The position numbers and the translations under genes are program-made. From contig DIWP01000056.1 of NCBI GenBank assembly GCA_002423545.1, forward strand, positions 69,110 to 133,109: 64,000 nt of DNA, written 5' to 3'. Positions 47,562 to 58,008 of the stretch are shown piece after piece. The stretch's first letter is position 1; each line of letters opens with the position of its first letter. The notes beneath the pieces are model-generated. The model searched no databases and had not been told where the DNA came from. It saw nothing but the letters and a program-made list of their open reading frames with translations. This DNA is from Thermoleophilia bacterium UBA6103. GTDB lineage: Bacteria > Actinomycetota > Thermoleophilia > UBA2241.

Positions 47562-49121
47562 TCACGCTGAGGCGGCGCCGAGCCAGTCGCGCAGGCTCTG
47601 CTCCACCGCCTCGCGGGTGCGGTCGACGCAGCGGTCGAAGCGCACCGGGCGTTCGCGGACGGCGCGCAGCTGGATGGGCACCACGGCCTGCGGCGCCTGT
47701 TGGACCACGCGATCGAGGAGCGCCAGGCCGTCGCCGCCGGACCCTCCGGCCAACGGCGAGCCGGCCGGCGTGCCGGTGAGGGCGCGCAGCGTGTCGGCGG
47801 CGAACTTGCTCCAGTGCGCCGTGCTGGCGACCAGTACCGGCGCGTCGGTGGCCAGATCGCCGGCGACCTTCCAGCCGACGGCGGTGTGCGGGTCGAGCAG
47901 GTAGCCGTGCTCACGGTGCACCGCGCCGATGGTGCGCAGGCAGGTGTCATTGTCGACCCAGGCCCCGGTCAACAGGTCCTGCAGCCTGCGGCGCACATCG
48001 TCGTCGACGGTGAAACGCCCGTCGGCGCGGAGCCGCGCCATCCAGTCGCGGATGCGGCCGGGATCGTGGGCGCCGGCGGGAGCGGCGCTGAGGTCGTAGA
48101 GCAGGCGCTCCAGGTTCGAGGAGACGAGGATGTCCATGGACGGTGACGGCGTCTTGATCAGGGTGCGCGACGAGATGTCGTAGGTGCCGGTGGCGATGAA
48201 GTCGGTGAGGACGTTGTTGGTGTTGCTGGCGCACAGCAGGCGGCGGATCGGCGTGCCGCAGCGCCTGGCGTAATAGGCGGCGAGGATGTTGCCGAAGTTG
48301 CCGGTGGGGACGCAGACGTCGAGCGGGTCGCCGGCGGCGAGGTGGCCGGCGGCGACCATGTCGGCGTAGGCGCTCATGTAGTACACGACCTGCGGTAGCA
48401 GACGGCCCCAGTTGATCGAGTTGGCCGAGCTGAGCGCCAGACCGTGCTCGGTCGACAGCTCGGCCGCGAACTCGGCGTCGTCGAAGACCGCCTTGACGGC
48501 GTTCTGGCAGTCGTCGAAATCGCCGGCCAGGCGGAAGACGCTCAGATTGTCACCCGGCTGGGTGACCATCTGGCGCTCCTGGACCGCAGAGACGCCGGCG
48601 TCGGGGTAGTAGACGACGATGCTGGTGTGCGGCCGGTCGGCGTAGCCGTTGAGGGCCGCCACACCGGTGTCGCCGGAGGTGGCCACCAGGATGAGGTAGT
48701 CGAGGTCGGTGCGGCCGGCGGCGTGGGCCATCTCCAGCGCCTCGCTGAAGAACAGCGGCATGCACTGCAGGGCCATGTCCTTGAAAGCGAGGGTGGGGCC
48801 GTGCCACAGCTCGAGGACGAAGTGGTCGCCCACCTTGTGTACCGGGGCGACCGCCGGATCGTCGAAGTTGTCGCCGTACGCGGCCGCCGAGATGGCGGCG
48901 ATGCGGGCGGCGCTCATGTCGAGGCCGAAGGCCTCGTAGACCAGCGCCGCCCGCTCGTGGTACGGCCGCGCGGCCAGCGCCACGATGTCGGCGAGCGGGA
49001 AGGCCGGCAGCTCGACCGGTATGAACAGGCCGCCGCCGGGCGCCAGTCCCTCGAGGATCGCCTCGCTGAAGGCACGCGGCCGGTCTGTCAGCCCGCGGGT
49101 GTCGGTGTACTCGATCACGTG
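47562..49121 (-). CDS. thrC: threonine synthase (long form)
   Basis: …IEYTDTRG…FKDMALQ…VATSGDTG… are ThrC/PLP-fold signatures. GTG start with a GGAG RBS at ~49121. Confidence 0.75.
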   Translation of the reverse strand, partial: HVIEYTDTRGLTDRPRAFSEAILEGLAPGGGLFIPVELPAFPLADIVALAARPYHERAALVYEAFGLDMSAARIAAISAAAYGDNFDDPAVAPVHKVGDHFVLELWHGPTLAFKDMALQCMPLFFSEALEMAHAAGRTDLDYLILVATSGDTGVAALNGYADRPHTSIVVYYPDAGVSAVQERQMVTQPGDNLSVFRLAGDFDDCQNAVKAVFDDAEFAAELSTEHGLALSSANSINWGRLLPQVVYYMSAYADMVAAGHLAAGDPLDVCVPTGNFGNILAAYYARRCGTPIRRLLCASNTNNVLTDFIATGTYDISSRTLIKTPSPSMDILVSSNLERLLYDLSAAPAGAHDPGRIRDWMARLRADGRFTVDDDVRRRLQDLLTGAWVDNDTCLRTIGAVHREHGYLLDPHTAVGWKVAGDLATDAPVLVASTAHWSKFAADTLRALTGTPAGSPLAGGSGGDGLALLDRVVQQAPQAVVPIQLRAVRERPVRFDRCVDRTREAVEQSLRDWLGAASA

Positions 49122-49490
49122 TCGCTCCTCTGTCGCCTCGCCGGCGCGGTGCCGGTCGATTCTATCGACCGCGCGGATCCTTCGCCGCCGCCGAGAGACG
49201 GTCATCCGGCCGTGAGCCGACAGCGCGGCGGACCGCGGCGTGCCGCGCAGGTGCAGTGCTCGCCGGACGGCGCTCCGGTCACGGCAGGCGCCGTGCGGAT
49301 GCGGTGTCCGTCCGGCGGGGTCCCGCTCGCCGCAGGTGTGGAGCAGGTGCGGTGCCGCTGTGGCGCGTCTCGCGCGTCGGTGAGGTCCCGACCGGGGTGC
49401 TAAAGTAAAAGCTCGTCATACGGACACGTGAGAACGTCTGGCGGACACCAGATCCGGCGGCGTCGTTCTTGCAGTAGGGGGGGGTCATCG

Positions 49491-50246
49491 ATGCCCGATG
49501 AAGGGCGCAGCAACGGAGTCCAGGTGCTGACACGGGCGGCGCGCATCATGCGGCTGCTCAGCGAGCATCCCGACGGCGTCACGTTCACCGAGCTCGCGAA
49601 CCTCGTGGGTCTGCCGCGCTCCACGGTGCATCGTATCGTCGGCACGCTGGAGGAAGAGGGCTTCGTCGTCACCCTGCCCTCGGGCAAGCTCCGCCTCGGT
49701 CCGGCTCTCATCCGTCTGGCGGTGACCAGTCGCCGCGAGCTGCGCCACGAGGCAGCACCGTATCTGGAGGCGCTGTCGCACGAGCTCAACGAGACGGTCG
49801 ATCTGGCCGTCCTCGACGGCGGCGAGGTCCTGTTCATCGACCAGCACACGCCGCGCCGCCGCCTGCGCATCGTCTCGGAGATCGGGGCTCGCTTCCCGGT
49901 GCACTGCACCGCCAACGGCAAGGCGCTGCTCGCCCGGCTCTCCGACGACGAGGTGCGGCGCATACTGCCCAGGCGCCTGGAGGCGCTCACCGAGCACACC
50001 ATCACCGACCGCGACCGGCTCCTGCACGAGCTGGCCACGGTGCGGGCGCACGGGTACGCCATCGACGATGAGGAGCATCGACTCGGCATCTGCGCCGTCG
50101 GCACGGCCGTCAGCGACGTGGTCGGCACCACGGCGGCATTCACCGTCGTCGTGCCTTCGGCGCGCTTCCACGGCAGCGAGCAGCGCATCATCACCGCCCT
50201 GCTGCAGATGCGCACGACCGTCCAGGGCGTGCTCAGCGGGGGCTGA
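49491..50246 (+). CDS. IclR-family transcriptional regulator
   Basis: N-terminal HTH (VQVLTRAARIMRLLSEHPDGVTFTELANLVGLPRSTVHRIVGTL) and a C-terminal IclR effector domain (…VHCTANGKALLA…). Confidence 0.75.
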   Translation: MPDEGRSNGVQVLTRAARIMRLLSEHPDGVTFTELANLVGLPRSTVHRIVGTLEEEGFVVTLPSGKLRLGPALIRLAVTSRRELRHEAAPYLEALSHELNETVDLAVLDGGEVLFIDQHTPRRRLRIVSEIGARFPVHCTANGKALLARLSDDEVRRILPRRLEALTEHTITDRDRLLHELATVRAHGYAIDDEEHRLGICAVGTAVSDVVGTTAAFTVVVPSARFHGSEQRIITALLQMRTTVQGVLSGG

Positions 50247-50357
50247 CGCGGCCGCGCCGCGCGGCGTGTAGAATCAGTCTCTCTGGAGATCCACGGCGGG
50301 CGGTGCGTCCACGCTGTGCCCGTCGTCGTCACAAACGCAGCGAAAGCGAGCTTCATC

Positions 50358-51546
50358 ATGACCACCTCAGCCGAAGCACTCGTGCAGCTCGAGGCGCTCC
50401 GCGAGCGGCAGCGAGACGTCTCCGAACGTCTCGCGCTGCTGCGGAGCTATCTTTGACCCCGCTCACCTGACTTCACAGATAGCAGCGCTCGAGGAGCGCC
50501 TGCAGGCGCCGGACTTCTGGGACGACCAGGAGGTGGCCGGCAAGGTCTCGGCGCACTACTCCAGGTTGAAGAAGCGTCTCGCCGAGCTCACCGAGCTCGA
50601 GGAACGGTTCGGCGATCTGGAGACCACCGACGAGCTGGTCCGCGAGGCGCTCGCCGACGACACGGTCGATGAGGACCTGCTGCGCGAGCTGGCCGACGGC
50701 CTCACAGCTATCGAGAATGAGCTGGACCGCGGCGAGGAGCGGCGCTACTTCAGCGGCCGCTTCGACGAAGGCGGCGCCGTCGTCACCATCCATCCCGGCG
50801 CCGGCGGCACCGAGAGCCAGGACTGGTCGGAGATGCTGCTGCGCATGTACCTGCGCTGGTTCGAGCGCCGCGGCTTCAAGGTCGAGGTCAACGACGTCCA
50901 GGAGGGCGACGAGGCCGGGATCAAGAGCGCCACCCTCTCGGTGGAGGGCGACAACGTCTACGGGCTGCTGGCCGCCGAGAAGGGCGTGCACAGGCTGGTG
51001 CGGCTCTCGCCCTTCGACTCCGCCAACCGCCGCCACACGAGCTTCGCCGCCGTCGAAGTGAGTCCGCTGGTCAGCGACGACGTCGGTGACATCGAGATCG
51101 ACGAGAAGGATCTGCGCATCGACACCTACCGCTCCAGCGGCGCCGGCGGACAGCACGTCAACAAGACCAGCTCGGCGGTGCGCATCACGCATCACCCCAG
51201 CGGTATCGTGGTGCAGTGCCAGAACGAGCGCTCGCAGATCCAGAACCGCGTCGTCGCCATGCGCATCCTCAAGAGTCGTCTCCTCGAGCTCGAGGAACAG
51301 AAGCGGGCGGCGGAGATGGCCAAGGAGCGCGGCACGGCGCTCAACATCAACTTCGGCAGCCAGATCCGCAGTTACGTCCTGCACCCGTACCAGATGGTCA
51401 AGGACCTGCGCACCGGTCACGAGACCGGCAACACGCAGGCGGTCCTCGACGGCGATCTGGACGGCTTCGTGCACGCCTATCTCACCTGGCGCGCCGGCGG
51501 CGGCGTCGACCATCGCCTCGGCGAGAAGGTCGAGGACGAGGCGTGA
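50358..51546 (+). CDS. prfB: peptide chain release factor 2 with programmed +1 ribosomal frameshift (join ~50358..50453, ~50455..51546)
   Basis: A short ORF ([32 protein letters not shown]) ends at the classical CTT-TGA-C slippery site, preceded by the SD-like GGAGC. The +1 frame continues in frame into the long RF2 ORF (…[11 protein letters not shown]… GGQ motif). Confidence 0.8.
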
Positions 51547-51626
51547 GCGCCGCCCGCACGGCCCGGCGAACGGCACCCTTCGTGAGCGGGCGGGTGCCGT
51601 GAGCGCCCGCACGCGCGCCGAGAGGA

Positions 51627-52090
51627 TGCGCTTCCGCGATCAGATCGCCTCGGCCATCTTTTTCGCGGCCGGTCTCTACGTCGTCCTCGTCGGTGTGCTC
51701 GGGTTCGCCGGCCACCCGCGCGGCGTGGCGCCGGACATCGGGCCCGGCATGTACTGGTTCACCTACGTGGTGAGCGGCTGTGCCCTGCTGGCCGGCGGCG
51801 TGCTGATCCTGCGTCGCGGCCGGCCGCCGAAGACGGCCTGGTGGCTCACCCTCATCGCCGCCGCACCAGGCTTCCTGCTCTGGCTCTGGGGTGTCGCCGT
51901 GGGGCTCGTGCAGCTGGCGGCCAACACCGGCCCCTCGGCGACCTCGGAGCTGGCCGCGCTGGGCGTGCTGGTCGGCTACGCGGTCCTGTTCTGGCTCGGC
52001 TGGCGCCGCGTCCGCCGGGGCCCTGCCGGCCGCGGCGACGCCGCGGCTCCCCCCGGCACGACGCCCCCGGCCGGACCGTCGTCCCGATAG
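51627..52090 (+). CDS. small integral membrane protein (hypothetical)
   Basis: Four hydrophobic helices and a Pro-rich tail. ATG with a GAGAGG RBS. Confidence 0.4.
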
Positions 52091-52261
52091 CCGGCGCCGG
52101 CGAGCGTCGACTGACCGGCGTCCGGTTCTCGCGCGCCGCTGTGGGGAAGAGTCTCCTCGAGTGGAGATCGATAGCGGAGGCCGGACATGCGCGACCCCTG
52201 GGGCGCCGGCGTTCGCCGCCCGCGGGGCGGATGCGCAGCGTCCGAGACGGGGGGTGGAGAT

Positions 52262-52802
52262 GATGGCAGGCAAGCCTGGAGCCGGCTCGATCGATGAGTA
52301 CATCGCCGGGTTCCCGCCGGCGACGGCCCGGATGCTGCAGGACCTCCGGACGCTGATCCGGTCGACGGCACCCGGAGCGACCGAGACCATCAGATACGGG
52401 ATCCCCACGTTCGACCTCGAGCGGACGCACCTGGTGCACTTTGCCGGCTACAGGGCGCACATCGGGCTGTATCCGGCGCCCAGCGGTATCGCAGCATTCC
52501 GGGATGAGCTGGAGCCGTACAAGCCCGCCAAAGGCTCCGTCCGGTTCCCCCTCGATCGGCCGCTGCCCTCAGATCTGATCCGTCGCATGGTGGCCTTCAG
52601 GGTCGACGAGGTCGTGGGCGCGTCGCAGAAGCAGGGAGGGCGAGGCGCTCGTTACGAGCGCCCCGCCCTCCCTGATGCCATCGTGTCCGGCGCGCCGACA
52701 GCCGCCCGGCCTCTGGCGGACGGCGGCTCGCCTGTCGCCGCACGCTGCCGGCGTATCGTGTTCAGGCTTTCTTGTGATCCTCGGCGCCGAACGCCTTCTT
52801 GA
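52262..52802 (+). CDS. DUF1801 (YdhG-like) domain protein
   Basis: …SIDEYIAGFPPATARMLQDLRTLIRSTAPGATETIRYGIPTFDL…VHFAGYRAHIGLYP… is the typical DUF1801 sequence. The C-terminal extension is uncertain. Confidence 0.45.
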
Positions 52803-53280
52803 GCTTGCGCTCGTCCTCCTCGGAGAGGCTGGTCCGCAGCACCCGGGCCTTGCTGCCCTCGACCTCGGCGTCGAACTTGTCCTGGGTGATCTTGGCGACG
52901 ATGAGGAACCAGCCGGCCTGACCGGGCTTGATGGCGTCGCCCATCTGCTCGATGAACTGGTGGTCGACGCCGGTGTCGCCGATCCAGCCGAACAGGGCGC
53001 CGAGTCCGCCGCCGACGGCGGCGCCGGCCACGGCGCCGAGCGGGGCCACCGGCAGGAAGAAGATGATCCCGAAGAGCATGCCCCAGAAGGCACCCCCGGC
53101 GGCGCCGATGCCGACCATGTGGTGAGCATGCTTGACCTTCGGCTTGCCGTTCTCGTCGCGGACCACCTCGGCCGCGTCGGCCAGCTCGACGATGAGGTCG
53201 TTCTGCATGCGCTGCAGGGTGTCGCCGAACGCATCCGCTTCGGCCTCGCTGTCGAAGCCCAGCACGATCAGTTCGCTCAT
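52762..53280 (-). CDS. DUF1269-family membrane protein
   Basis: 172 aa with a Gly-rich two-TM core (GIGAAGGAFWGMLFGIIFF…GAAVGGGLGALFGWIG) flanked by charged segments. Confidence 0.5.
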   Translation of the reverse strand: MSELIVLGFDSEAEADAFGDTLQRMQNDLIVELADAAEVVRDENGKPKVKHAHHMVGIGAAGGAFWGMLFGIIFFLPVAPLGAVAGAAVGGGLGALFGWIGDTGVDHQFIEQMGDAIKPGQAGWFLIVAKITQDKFDAEVEGSKARVLRTSLSEEDERKLKKAFGAEDHKKA

Positions 53281-53391
53281 GGGTGTCCCTCCGTGAGTCC
53301 GTATCCGGTGGCCGCCGCCGGCAGCCGGTCCTCACTCCATGTCGGCCGTGGACCCGGGGACCTTGACTTCGGAGAGGTGTCTCGCCGGACC

Positions 53392-54207
53392 TCAGCCGCC
53401 GGTGCTGCTGAAGTGCTGGTAGTCCTTGGTCCCCGGCCAGTCGCCGCCCCACTTCCAGCCGATGGACCGGAAGGCGCGCACGACCACATCGCCGCTGTGG
53501 ACCATGCCTTTGGCTTTGCGCGACCGGTCGGCGTACTTGCGTCCCGCCTTGGGGCTCACGTAGCTGCCGGAGACGTAGGGGTTCTCGACCGGGTTGATGT
53601 CGATGGCCAGGCCGTACGCGTGCATCGACCAGCGCGTGGTGCCGCTGACGTAGCGGCCGTTGAAAGCGGAGGTGTTGTCGGCGTTCATCGATCGGCGGTC
53701 GCTGGCGCCGTACACGTCGATGAGCTTCATGCGGCGGATCGGGAAGCGCGCCTTGTACAGCTTGCGGAAGACGCCCACCAGCGGCTTTGCCCACTGCCGG
53801 GCGACCACGAGCTTGCCGGTGTGGGCGCGCTTGTCGAAGCCCCAGTAGGTGAGCTTGAGCAGGCGCAGATCGCCGAAACGCACCGGGCAGCCCGGCTTCC
53901 AGGCGCCGCTCTGACGCATCATGGCCTTCATCTGCGGCGTGATGGCGTGGATGGTGCCCCTGAACGGGCGCGCGGCGCGAGTCATGGCACGCGAGAGTGC
54001 CGGTTCGGCGGTCGTCTGGGACGAGGGAGTGGCGACCGCATCGGAGGCGGGAGCGGCGACGGCGGACTCGCCGGCGAGTGCGGTACACGGGACAATCGCG
54101 GCAAGCAGCCAGACGGCGCCGCCCAGGAGCAGCGCGTGGGCGCGGCGCCCGCGGGAGCCGGGTCCATGTCGCTGTCGCTGTATACCGGATCGACCGGTCG
54201 TCGTCAT
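53392..54207 (-). CDS. peptidase M15 family (D-Ala-D-Ala carboxypeptidase / VanY-like), secreted
   Basis: Signal peptide, then …SMHAYGLAIDINPVENPY… zinc-binding His/Asp motifs characteristic of M15 peptidases. Confidence 0.6.
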   Translation of the reverse strand: MTTTGRSGIQRQRHGPGSRGRRAHALLLGGAVWLLAAIVPCTALAGESAVAAPASDAVATPSSQTTAEPALSRAMTRAARPFRGTIHAITPQMKAMMRQSGAWKPGCPVRFGDLRLLKLTYWGFDKRAHTGKLVVARQWAKPLVGVFRKLYKARFPIRRMKLIDVYGASDRRSMNADNTSAFNGRYVSGTTRWSMHAYGLAIDINPVENPYVSGSYVSPKAGRKYADRSRKAKGMVHSGDVVVRAFRSIGWKWGGDWPGTKDYQHFSSTGG

Positions 54208-54228
54208 CGCGATCCTCTCCTCATGCCG

Positions 54229-54621
54229 TCAGCCTGCGGCGATCTCATCGTCACCGTGCCGCCCTGTCCCGGGCCGCAGTGCCAGCGACCGGCAGAGGGC
54301 GGCATCGACCTCGGCCATGGTCTCTCGCGGCAGCACGGCGGCGCGCCCCAGCAGGTGAGCCTTCTCGAAGGTCCGGATGATGTCGCAGCGCACCGTCGCC
54401 GGGCGGCCGAGCAGGTCGGTGGATATCGGGACCACTTGAGGATACCGCTTCCGCGGCGCCTCCGCAGACACCACGGCGGCGATGACCGTGCGCGCGTGGG
54501 CATTGCCGACGTCGTTCTGGACGATGAGCACCGGCTGCCGCGCCGTCTCATCGCTCTCCTCACCGGGAGACGTAGTCCACCAGATCTCGCCGCGGAACGG
54601 GGTGGAGGGGGCGCTCACCAT
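54229..54621 (-). CDS. mazF: type II toxin, MazF/PemK-family mRNA interferase
   Basis: …FRGEIWWTTSPGE…PVLIVQNDVGNAHARTVIAAVVS… is a MazF/Kid-fold signature. Start at the internal Met (MVSAPS), overlapping the antitoxin stop. Confidence 0.65.
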   Translation of the reverse strand: MVSAPSTPFRGEIWWTTSPGEESDETARQPVLIVQNDVGNAHARTVIAAVVSAEAPRKRYPQVVPISTDLLGRPATVRCDIIRTFEKAHLLGRAAVLPRETMAEVDAALCRSLALRPGTGRHGDDEIAAG

Positions 54622-54863
54622 GCCGGTCGCGTCCCGTGCCCACCGAAGGCGCCGGGCCCGTCGAGCAGCTCGTCCTGCGCCGGGAGGCTCTCGTAGCCCT
54701 CGGCCATCAGCTCTTCGAGCTCCTGCTCCTGCAGGCATTGCAGCGCGTCGAGCACCACCTGGGTCTTCGTCGTGTGCCGCTGTGCCGCCGCCCGCTCGAT
54801 GAACTGCAGAGCCCAGGGCGGCAGTCGGAACTGGGTCTGCTTGCTCGGCTGTCCTCGTGGCAT
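54615..54863 (-). CDS. mazE: type II antitoxin (RHH/MazE-like)
   Basis: 82 aa, MPRGQPSKQTQFRLPPWALQFIERAAAQRHTTKTQVVLDALQ, an RHH-like motif, with an acidic C-terminal tail. Immediately upstream of mazF with a 7-nt overlap. Confidence 0.5.
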   Translation of the reverse strand: MPRGQPSKQTQFRLPPWALQFIERAAAQRHTTKTQVVLDALQCLQEQELEELMAEGYESLPAQDELLDGPGAFGGHGTRPAW

Positions 54864-55041
54864 GTCGGCCGTCTCCCTCTCCGGTCGTGTCGCAGTCGCT
54901 CCAGGTATCGGCAGTGTGTGCAGGATGTGGAGCAGTTCGTGGTGCCGAGCGTCATTCCTCGCGGCGATACGGAGGGGGCGGGCGCGCGACGTAGTAAGCT
55001 GCGTCGGGACCGTCAGTCGGGCGGGGCGAGGGGGGGCAGAC

Positions 55042-56244
55042 ATGGCTTCGGTGCAGGGCGGCGGCCACGAGATGGCGTCGCGCCGGGCGCTGGCGGCGGC
55101 GTCGGCGGCGTCGGCCGTGGTCGATCGTGAGCTGGCGCCGATCCTGCGCCGCATCGAGGAGCTGGTGCGCATCGACTCCGGGGGCGATGCGCCGGTGGGT
55201 CGCGAACGGGTGGCCGACCTGATCGGTGAGTGGGCGGTCGAGGCGGGCTGTGACATCGAGTTCCTGGCCGGCGAGGGGGGCACGGCCATGGTGGCGACCC
55301 TGTCGGGCTACGGGCAGGGCCGCATCGTCCTGCTCGGCCACCACGACACCGTCTTCCCGGCCGGTACCGCTGCGGAGCGCCCGTTCGTGCTGCGCGAGAA
55401 GTCCGCCCTGGGGCCGGGGATCGCCGACATGAAGGGCGGCCTGGTGCTGGCGCTGGCCGCCCTCAGTTGCCTGGCGGAGGGCGAGCGGCCGTTCGCGACC
55501 GTCGAGCTGCACAGCGTGGCCGACGAGGAGAGCCGGCCACACGGTGCCTTCAAGACGCTCGACCGGGTGCGCGATGCCGATGCGGTGCTGGTGCTGGAGT
55601 GCGCCCGCGGCAACGGCGACCTCGTCCTGGAGCGCAAGTCGCAGTGCAACCTGCGCCTGATGGCGCGCGGCCGCAGCGCGCATGCCGGCACTCACCCCGA
55701 GCAGGGTCGCAGCGCCCTGCTCGCACTCTGCCGCGAGATCCTGCGCTGCGATGCGCTCAACGGCATGCGCGACGGGCTGACCGTCACCGTCGGGACGTTC
55801 CACTCGGGGATGGCATTCGGGGTCGTGCCCGATGAAGCCGAGGCCGAGATCGATCTGCGGGCCTGGGCCACCGCCGATGTCGCCTGGGCACTGGAGCAGG
55901 TCGGGGCCACGAGCGTCCACGAGGGTGTCAGCTTCGAGACCGAGGGCGTGTCGCTGTGGCCGGCCATGGCGGCCGACGCCCGGAGCCGTCATCTCTACGA
56001 AGTCGCGGCGGGCGTCGCGCAGCATCTGGGCATCCCGGCCGGGGCGCGTCGCTCGGGCGGCACCTCAGACGGCTGCTGGTCGGCGGCCGCCGGTGTGCCC
56101 ACGCTCGACGGACTGGGGCCGGTCGGCGGTCACGATCACTCACCGGACGAGTACATCGAGGTCGCGTCGTTCCCCGAGCGCTGCGGCCTGCTCGTTGGAC
56201 TGGTGACCGCGCTCGGCCTCGATCGGAACACGGTCGCAGAGTAG
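55042..56244 (+). CDS. peptidase M20 family (carboxypeptidase G2/ArgE/DapE-like)
   Basis: …IVLLGHHDTVFP…GIADMKGG…VADEESRPHG…HAGTHPE… are M20 metal-binding motifs. ATG at 55042 after a G-rich RBS. Ends with TAG. Confidence 0.7.
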   Translation: MASVQGGGHEMASRRALAAASAASAVVDRELAPILRRIEELVRIDSGGDAPVGRERVADLIGEWAVEAGCDIEFLAGEGGTAMVATLSGYGQGRIVLLGHHDTVFPAGTAAERPFVLREKSALGPGIADMKGGLVLALAALSCLAEGERPFATVELHSVADEESRPHGAFKTLDRVRDADAVLVLECARGNGDLVLERKSQCNLRLMARGRSAHAGTHPEQGRSALLALCREILRCDALNGMRDGLTVTVGTFHSGMAFGVVPDEAEAEIDLRAWATADVAWALEQVGATSVHEGVSFETEGVSLWPAMAADARSRHLYEVAAGVAQHLGIPAGARRSGGTSDGCWSAAAGVPTLDGLGPVGGHDHSPDEYIEVASFPERCGLLVGLVTALGLDRNTVAE

Positions 56245-56275
56245 CGGGGCAGGCGAAGCGTCGCCCGCAGGCAGG

Positions 56276-56884
56276 TCAGTGGCGCAACAGGCCGGTCAGC
56301 GTCAGCTCGACCACGTTCTCGGCGGCGGCGGCCAGCCGTGCCGGGTCGGCGGCGGTGTCGGCGAGCGGGCCGTCGACCAGCAGCGTCGCGAAGCCGTGCA
56401 CGGTCGCCCAGGCGAAGAGCGCCAGGTCGGGTACCTCACCGGCGCGGAACAGCCTGGTGTGCTGCCCGGCGGCCACGGCGGCCAGCAGTGGACGGTAGGA
56501 CTCCTCGCCGGCAAGCGCCACGACCTCGCCGGGCGCGCCGGGGCCGCGCAGCTCCGGCCGCCACATGAGGCGGAAGCGGTTGGGCCGCTCCACGGCGTAG
56601 TCGATGTAAGAGCGGCCCAGCTCGCGGACCTGCCGGTCGGGTGAGGCCCCGGCGGCCCGGGCGCGGACCATCCTGTCGCGCAGGTCGGCGAAGCACTCGG
56701 CCGCCACCGCGGCGCGCAGATCGGCGAGGTCCGCGAAGTGGTGGTAGGGGGCGGCGTGCGAGACGCCCGCCCGGCGCGCCACGCCGCGCAGCGTGAGCGC
56801 GTCCACACCGTCCTCATCGATCACGGCCAGCGCCGCCTCGACGAGGGCGCGCCGCAGATCTCCGTGGTGATAGGCGTCGACCAT
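56276..56884 (-). CDS. TetR-family transcriptional regulator
   Basis: N-terminal HTH (…LTLRGVARRAGVSHAAPYHHF…) and a C-terminal ligand-binding helical domain. Start chosen at MVDAYHHG. Confidence 0.7.
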   Translation of the reverse strand: MVDAYHHGDLRRALVEAALAVIDEDGVDALTLRGVARRAGVSHAAPYHHFADLADLRAAVAAECFADLRDRMVRARAAGASPDRQVRELGRSYIDYAVERPNRFRLMWRPELRGPGAPGEVVALAGEESYRPLLAAVAAGQHTRLFRAGEVPDLALFAWATVHGFATLLVDGPLADTAADPARLAAAAENVVELTLTGLLRH

Positions 56885-56894
56885 GCCGTTCGTC

Positions 56895-56990
56895 CCTTCC
56901 GCTACGAGCATCCTGAACGGCAATGTTGACAATGTCAAGATACGTGGTATCTTACCGGTGTCAAGATAAGTCGACCGAGGAAGCGGAGGC
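56895..56990. promoter_or_regulatory. divergent promoter/operator region with three short palindromes (putative TetR operators)
   Basis: TTGACAATGTCAA, GATACGTGGTATC and CTTACCGGTGTCAAG lie between the TetR gene and the divergent epimerase gene. Confidence 0.4.
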
Positions 56991-56994
56991 GGCG

Positions 56995-58008
56995 ATGAGC
57001 GATGAGGCGAGAAGCGGCGGGAGCGGCACCGGCGTGACGGGGACAGGCAAGACCGGGGAGCTGCACGTGGTCCTGGGTGCGAGCGGCGGCACCGGCGGCG
57101 CGCTGGTGAAGGAGCTGGCGGCCCGCGGGCGTCGGGTCCGCGCCGTGGCTCGGCATCGGATCGACGATCGCCCGCATGGGGTGGAGGCGCTCACGGCCGA
57201 TCTGAGCGTCCCCGATCAGCTGGCGCACGCCGTCGACGGCGCCGCGGTCGTGTATCACGCCGTCCAGCCCGACTACACCAAGTGGTTGCGCGAGTTCCCG
57301 GCTCTCACGCGCGGCATCATGGAGGCGACCGCCGCTGCCGGCGCGCGTCTGGTGTTCGCCGACAACCTGTACATGTACGCGCCCGAAGACACCCCGCTGC
57401 GCGAGGACTCGGCCATCGGCTCGCCGGCCGCCAAGGGCCGCCTGCGGGCGGCGATGGCCGAGGAACTGCTGAGCGCCCATCGCGACGGTCGCGCGCGGGT
57501 GGTCATCGCCCGTTCTTCCGACTACTACGGCCCCGGAGGCACCGGATCGTTCGTCGGGGAGCGCTTCTTCGGAGCTCTTCTGAGCGGTCGCAAGGTCCAG
57601 TGGATGGCCGACCTCGACCAGCCCCATACGCTCAGCTACCTGCCCGACATGGCGCGCGCGATGGCGGTCCTCGGCGAGCGCCCGGACGGCGACGGCCGGG
57701 TCTGGCACCTGCCGGCCGCCGAGCCGCTCACCGGACGCCGGGCGATCGAGCTGGCGGCTCGCGCGGCCGGCGTCGAGCCGCGCCCGGCGGTCATCACCCC
57801 CGGTCAGCTCAAGCTGGTCGGTCTCTTCAATCCATTCCTGCGTCAGATGCCGGAGCTGCTCTATCAATGGCAGCGTCCGTTCCTCAGCGACGCGAGCGCC
57901 TTCGAGGCGGCCTTCGGCCCCTTCGAGGTCACGCCGCACGAGGAAGCGCTGCGGGCCACCATCGGGTGGTATCGGGATCGCGAGGAGGGTGGCCGCCTGG
58001 CTGCCTGA
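56995..58008 (+). CDS. NAD-dependent epimerase/dehydratase (extended SDR) family protein
   Basis: Gly-rich dinucleotide motif (VLGASGGTGGALVKEL) and a ~335 aa NmrA/epimerase-like fold. RBS GGAGG before the ATG. Confidence 0.7.
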   Translation: MSDEARSGGSGTGVTGTGKTGELHVVLGASGGTGGALVKELAARGRRVRAVARHRIDDRPHGVEALTADLSVPDQLAHAVDGAAVVYHAVQPDYTKWLREFPALTRGIMEATAAAGARLVFADNLYMYAPEDTPLREDSAIGSPAAKGRLRAAMAEELLSAHRDGRARVVIARSSDYYGPGGTGSFVGERFFGALLSGRKVQWMADLDQPHTLSYLPDMARAMAVLGERPDGDGRVWHLPAAEPLTGRRAIELAARAAGVEPRPAVITPGQLKLVGLFNPFLRQMPELLYQWQRPFLSDASAFEAAFGPFEVTPHEEALRATIGWYRDREEGGRLAA

